A stretch of 39,693 bases of DNA from Frankiales bacterium. GTDB lineage: Bacteria; Actinomycetota; Actinomycetes; Mycobacteriales; SCTD01. The stretch is from contig JAOPVV010000056.1 of the NCBI GenBank assembly GCA_025966005.1, forward strand, positions 1-39,693, written 5' to 3'. Under the pieces are notes generated by a model. The model worked only from the letters and a program-made list of their open reading frames with translations, did not search any database and was not told where the DNA came from. Position 1 is the stretch's first letter. Each line of letters opens with the position of its first letter. A program made the translations under genes and the position numbers. This document shows, piece after piece, positions 37,204 to 39,693 of this stretch.

Positions 37204-37988
37204 CGCTTGTCCAGCCCGCACTCCTCGGACACGCGGTAGCAGCGGGCGACGCCCCACCACGGGTCCTGGACGACCGCCCGCACCGCCGGCCGCGCCAGCC
37301 ACTGCTCAGCCCAGTCGGCGTGGTCGGCGTAGACCTCGACGAAGGCCTGGGCCGCGGTGGAGGGCAGCAGCCGGCGCAGCGGGCGCTGCCCGGGCTCGTC
37401 GACCGGCTCGGTCTCGGCCTCGCCCAGGACGCGGTCGACGAGCACCTGGCGGAGCCCGAAGGCGCCCTCCGCCTGCTCGGCCAGGACCTCGATCTGCTGG
37501 TCGAGGTGCCTGTCGCCCTCGTCCGGTGTCGTCGCCGGCCGCCGCTCGAGCTCGACGACGTGCTTCGACAGCCCGGTCTGCCCGCTCAGCCGGTCGAGCA
37601 GCACCTGCTCGCGCACCCGGAAGGACCGCAGGTCCCTCAGGCAGCTGCGGTGGTCCTGCACGATCCGCTCGTGGAGCTCCTCCGGCAGGTCCAGGGACCG
37701 GCCGGGCAGGAACCGCATCGCGATGTAGCGGTAGGCCCGCGGTCGCTGCCTCCACCCGCCTCCGAGGTCGAGCTCGGCCGTGGCGCGGGCGGTGTGGTAG
37801 CTGACGACCTGGTCCATCTCGCGCAGGAAGCGGCGCGCGAACGGGGCGTGGACCTCCCGGTAGTGCCGGTCCGACTCCTCCGTCGGCAGCGCCGCGAGCG
37901 GCGCGAAGGTCGAGAGGGTCTTGTCGTAGGGCGGCGCCTGACCGGTCAAGGTGCGTCCTCTCGTGGCGGGCTCGAGGGGACGTGCCAC
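37200..37988 (-). CDS. Hypothetical protein, possibly a tandem EthD-like/dimeric alpha-beta-barrel protein
   Basis: The 262-aa ORF has a GTG start with AAGGA upstream. The segment DRHYREVHAPFARRFL resembles the EthD-family signature. A second half of similar length is only loosely similar. Confidence 0.55.
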   Translation of the reverse strand: MARPLEPATRGRTLTGQAPPYDKTLSTFAPLAALPTEESDRHYREVHAPFARRFLREMDQVVSYHTARATAELDLGGGWRQRPRAYRYIAMRFLPGRSLDLPEELHERIVQDHRSCLRDLRSFRVREQVLLDRLSGQTGLSKHVVELERRPATTPDEGDRHLDQQIEVLAEQAEGAFGLRQVLVDRVLGEAETEPVDEPGQRPLRRLLPSTAAQAFVEVYADHADWAEQWLARPAVRAVVQDPWWGVARCYRVSEECGLDKR

Positions 37989-38091
37989 CCGTCCTTACTC
38001 GACTTCTACAACAGTAAGTCGGGCCAGTCTGGCCGCTGGCGTCCGGCTGCGTCAAGCCGGTCCCACGACGTCCCGCCGTGGCCCGGAGCCG

Positions 38092-38121
38092 TTGACCAGC
38101 CCGAAGGGCCGCGCGTACGTT
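38092..38121 (+). promoter_or_regulatory. Candidate promoter TTGACC-N18-TACGTT
   Basis: The hexamers were read directly. The element points toward the 38281 operon, implying a roughly 150-nt leader. Confidence 0.33.
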
Positions 38122-38280
38122 TCCGGTCGGCTCCCGGCGACGTGTCGCGCAGTCCGGACGGACGGAACCGCCTCGTGCCCCGAGGAGGCGTCGTCGCGGC
38201 GCGGCCCGGCCCCGGGAGCAGCCGGCCGTCGGCCACCACCCGCCGCGAGCCGCGGGGCCGCCTGATCCCGAGGAGTGCGC

Positions 38281-38748
38281 GTGACAGACCGAGTGCAGGA
38301 GCTCACCGACCGGCTCGACATCGCCGAGGTGCTGGCGCGCTACTGCGACGCCCTGGACCAGCGGCGCTGGGACCTGCTCCAGACCGTCTTCACGGCCGAC
38401 GCCTCGGCCGACTACGGCTCCGTCGGGTTGCCGACCGGCGTCGAGGAGATCGCGACCGCGATCCGGAGGACCATCGCGGACCTGGACGCCACGCAGCACC
38501 TCGTGGGCAACATCCAGGTCCAGGTCCAGGGGGACACGGCCACCGCGCAGTGCTACCTGATCAGCCAGCACGTCCGCGCCGGGCAGCCGGGCGGCGAGGA
38601 GTACCTGCTCGGCGGCCGCTACGTCGACGAGCTGGTGCGGACACCGGACGGCTGGCGCATCACCTTCCGCCGGCTGCACCGGATGTGGGCGGCCGGGAAC
38701 CGCGACGTCGTGCGGCGCGCCGACCAGAGCGCCGGCGGTGCCCGGTGA
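38281..38748 (+). CDS. NTF2/SnoaL-like (SnoaL_4-type) protein
   Basis: GTG 38281 lies 5 nt after GAGGAG. The ORF track starts two codons earlier, at 38275. The product contains IAEVLARYCDALDQRRW and LDATQHLVGN. Confidence 0.75.
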   Translation: MTDRVQELTDRLDIAEVLARYCDALDQRRWDLLQTVFTADASADYGSVGLPTGVEEIATAIRRTIADLDATQHLVGNIQVQVQGDTATAQCYLISQHVRAGQPGGEEYLLGGRYVDELVRTPDGWRITFRRLHRMWAAGNRDVVRRADQSAGGAR

Positions 38749-38756
38749 CCGGCCGG

Positions 38757-39602
38757 ATGGCGGGCAAGGCGGCGGTCGTCACCGGTGGGGCGAGCGGACT
38801 CGGGGAGGCGACGGCCCGGCTCATGGCGGCCGAGGGGGCGCAGGTGCTGCTCGCCGACATCCAGGACGAGCGGGGGGCGGCCGTGGCCGCCGCCATCGGC
38901 GGCGAGGCCGTCTACCAGCACTGCGACGTGACGTCCGAGGACGAGGTCGCGGCGCTGGTCGACGGGGCGGTCGCGGCCTTCGGCCGGCTCGACGTCATGG
39001 TCAACAACGCCGGGATCATCGGCGCCCACGGAGCCATCGACGAGGTCGACCTGGCCGAGTACGAGTTCACGATGTCGGTGCTGCTGCGCTCCGTGCTGCT
39101 CGGGTGCAAGCACGCCGCCCGCGTCATGAAGCCCCAGCACAGCGGGGCCATCGTCAACACCACCAGCGTCGCCGGCGTGCAGGGCGGCCTCGGTCCGCAC
39201 GTGTACGCCGCGGCGAAGTCCGGTGTCATCGGGCTGACCCGCAACGTGGCTGCCGAGCTGGGCGCCTGGTCGATCCGGGTCAACGCGATCGCACCCGGCA
39301 AGATGGTGACCCCGATGAACGCCGCGGCCCTGGTCGGCGACCCGGACGCCCTCGAGGAGACCTACGCGGCCTTCGCCGACCGCACTGCGCTGCGCGGCCG
39401 GATCGGCGTGGCCGACGACATCGCGCAGGCCGCGCTGTGGCTGGCCAGCGACGAGGCCGGCTTCGTCAGCGGTCACACCCTCGTCGTCGACGGCGGTCTC
39501 ACCACGGGCAGCCGCGAGGCCGTGGCGCCCGGTGAGCACGGCCGGTGGGCCGCTCGTCGTGACCTGGCGCGCGAGGGCGGTCGGTCCGGGCTCCCCACCT
39601 GA
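38757..39602 (+). CDS. SDR family oxidoreductase
   Basis: The product starts MAGKAAVVTGGASGLGEA and contains YAAAKSGV and VSGHTLVVDGG. An alternative GTG start at 38745 overlaps the upstream stop (GTGA). Confidence 0.87.
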   Translation: MAGKAAVVTGGASGLGEATARLMAAEGAQVLLADIQDERGAAVAAAIGGEAVYQHCDVTSEDEVAALVDGAVAAFGRLDVMVNNAGIIGAHGAIDEVDLAEYEFTMSVLLRSVLLGCKHAARVMKPQHSGAIVNTTSVAGVQGGLGPHVYAAAKSGVIGLTRNVAAELGAWSIRVNAIAPGKMVTPMNAAALVGDPDALEETYAAFADRTALRGRIGVADDIAQAALWLASDEAGFVSGHTLVVDGGLTTGSREAVAPGEHGRWAARRDLAREGGRSGLPT

Positions 39603-39641
39603 CGGCGCTCGCCGCCGGCCGGGTCACCTCAGGGCACGGCG

Positions 39642-39664
39642 CCGGCAGCGGAGACCGCTGCCGG
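39642..39664 (+). terminator. GC-rich hairpin (10-bp stem, 3-nt loop) 40 nt after the SDR stop. It is a possible terminator but has no U-tract.
   Basis: CCGGCAGCGG aga CCGCTGCCGG, read directly. Confidence 0.4.
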
Positions 39665-39693
39665 GACCGTGGACCTAGTGTCCCGCGTCTGAA

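Noticed and set aside
37320-39602. A 760-aa plus-strand ORF. The similar long ORFs at 32475..34067, 34016..35221, 12743..14182 and 29699..31210 fall in the same class.
   Set aside because: These are antisense to, or read through, well-supported genes. Only the terminal SDR part (38757..39602) of this ORF is real.

Overview
The window is very GC-rich (judged by eye, not computed) and looks like an actinobacterial chromosomal segment. It is densely packed with about 38 protein-coding genes. I found no rRNA, tRNA, CRISPR array, transposase or integrase. The content reads as an accessory catabolic island made of several tightly coupled operons.

(1) A canonical pyruvate,phosphate dikinase gene (ppdK, minus strand) lies divergent from a translationally coupled trio: a 208-aa helical unknown, a PPDK paralogue, and an acyl-CoA dehydrogenase. 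The paralogue has lost every ATP-grasp nucleotide-binding motif but keeps an intact phospho-His swivel and PEP/pyruvate barrel.

(2) A minus-strand operon encodes E1alpha, E1beta and E2 of a 2-oxoacid/acetoin-type dehydrogenase (no E3), followed by a DUF35 OB-fold protein, an SCP2-type thiolase and an acyl-CoA dehydrogenase.

(3) A module flanked by two ThuA-like genes contains an F420/LLM oxidoreductase, an acyl-CoA synthetase and a histidine phosphatase.

(4) There are several SDRs, an MDR ene-reductase-type enzyme and a divergent TetR pair.

(5) A roughly 10 kb minus-strand oxygenase operon runs from 37988 to 28062. It encodes a tandem EthD-like protein, a VanB-type reductase, three Rieske oxygenase alpha subunits, an ABM monooxygenase, a P450, an SDR, an RPH/PEP-synthase-like swivel-His protein lacking an ATP-grasp domain, and an NTF2/SnoaL protein. 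The P450's heme-Cys loop lies out of frame.

The most unusual signal is two non-canonical PEP-utilising phosphotransfer proteins embedded in oxidative and acyl-CoA catabolism. A second signal is a family of AT-rich promoter/operator boxes, with exact 10-, 13- and 16-mers shared between intergenic regions, that appears to tie the operons into one regulon. All functional calls come from motif recognition in the supplied translations. No database search was run.
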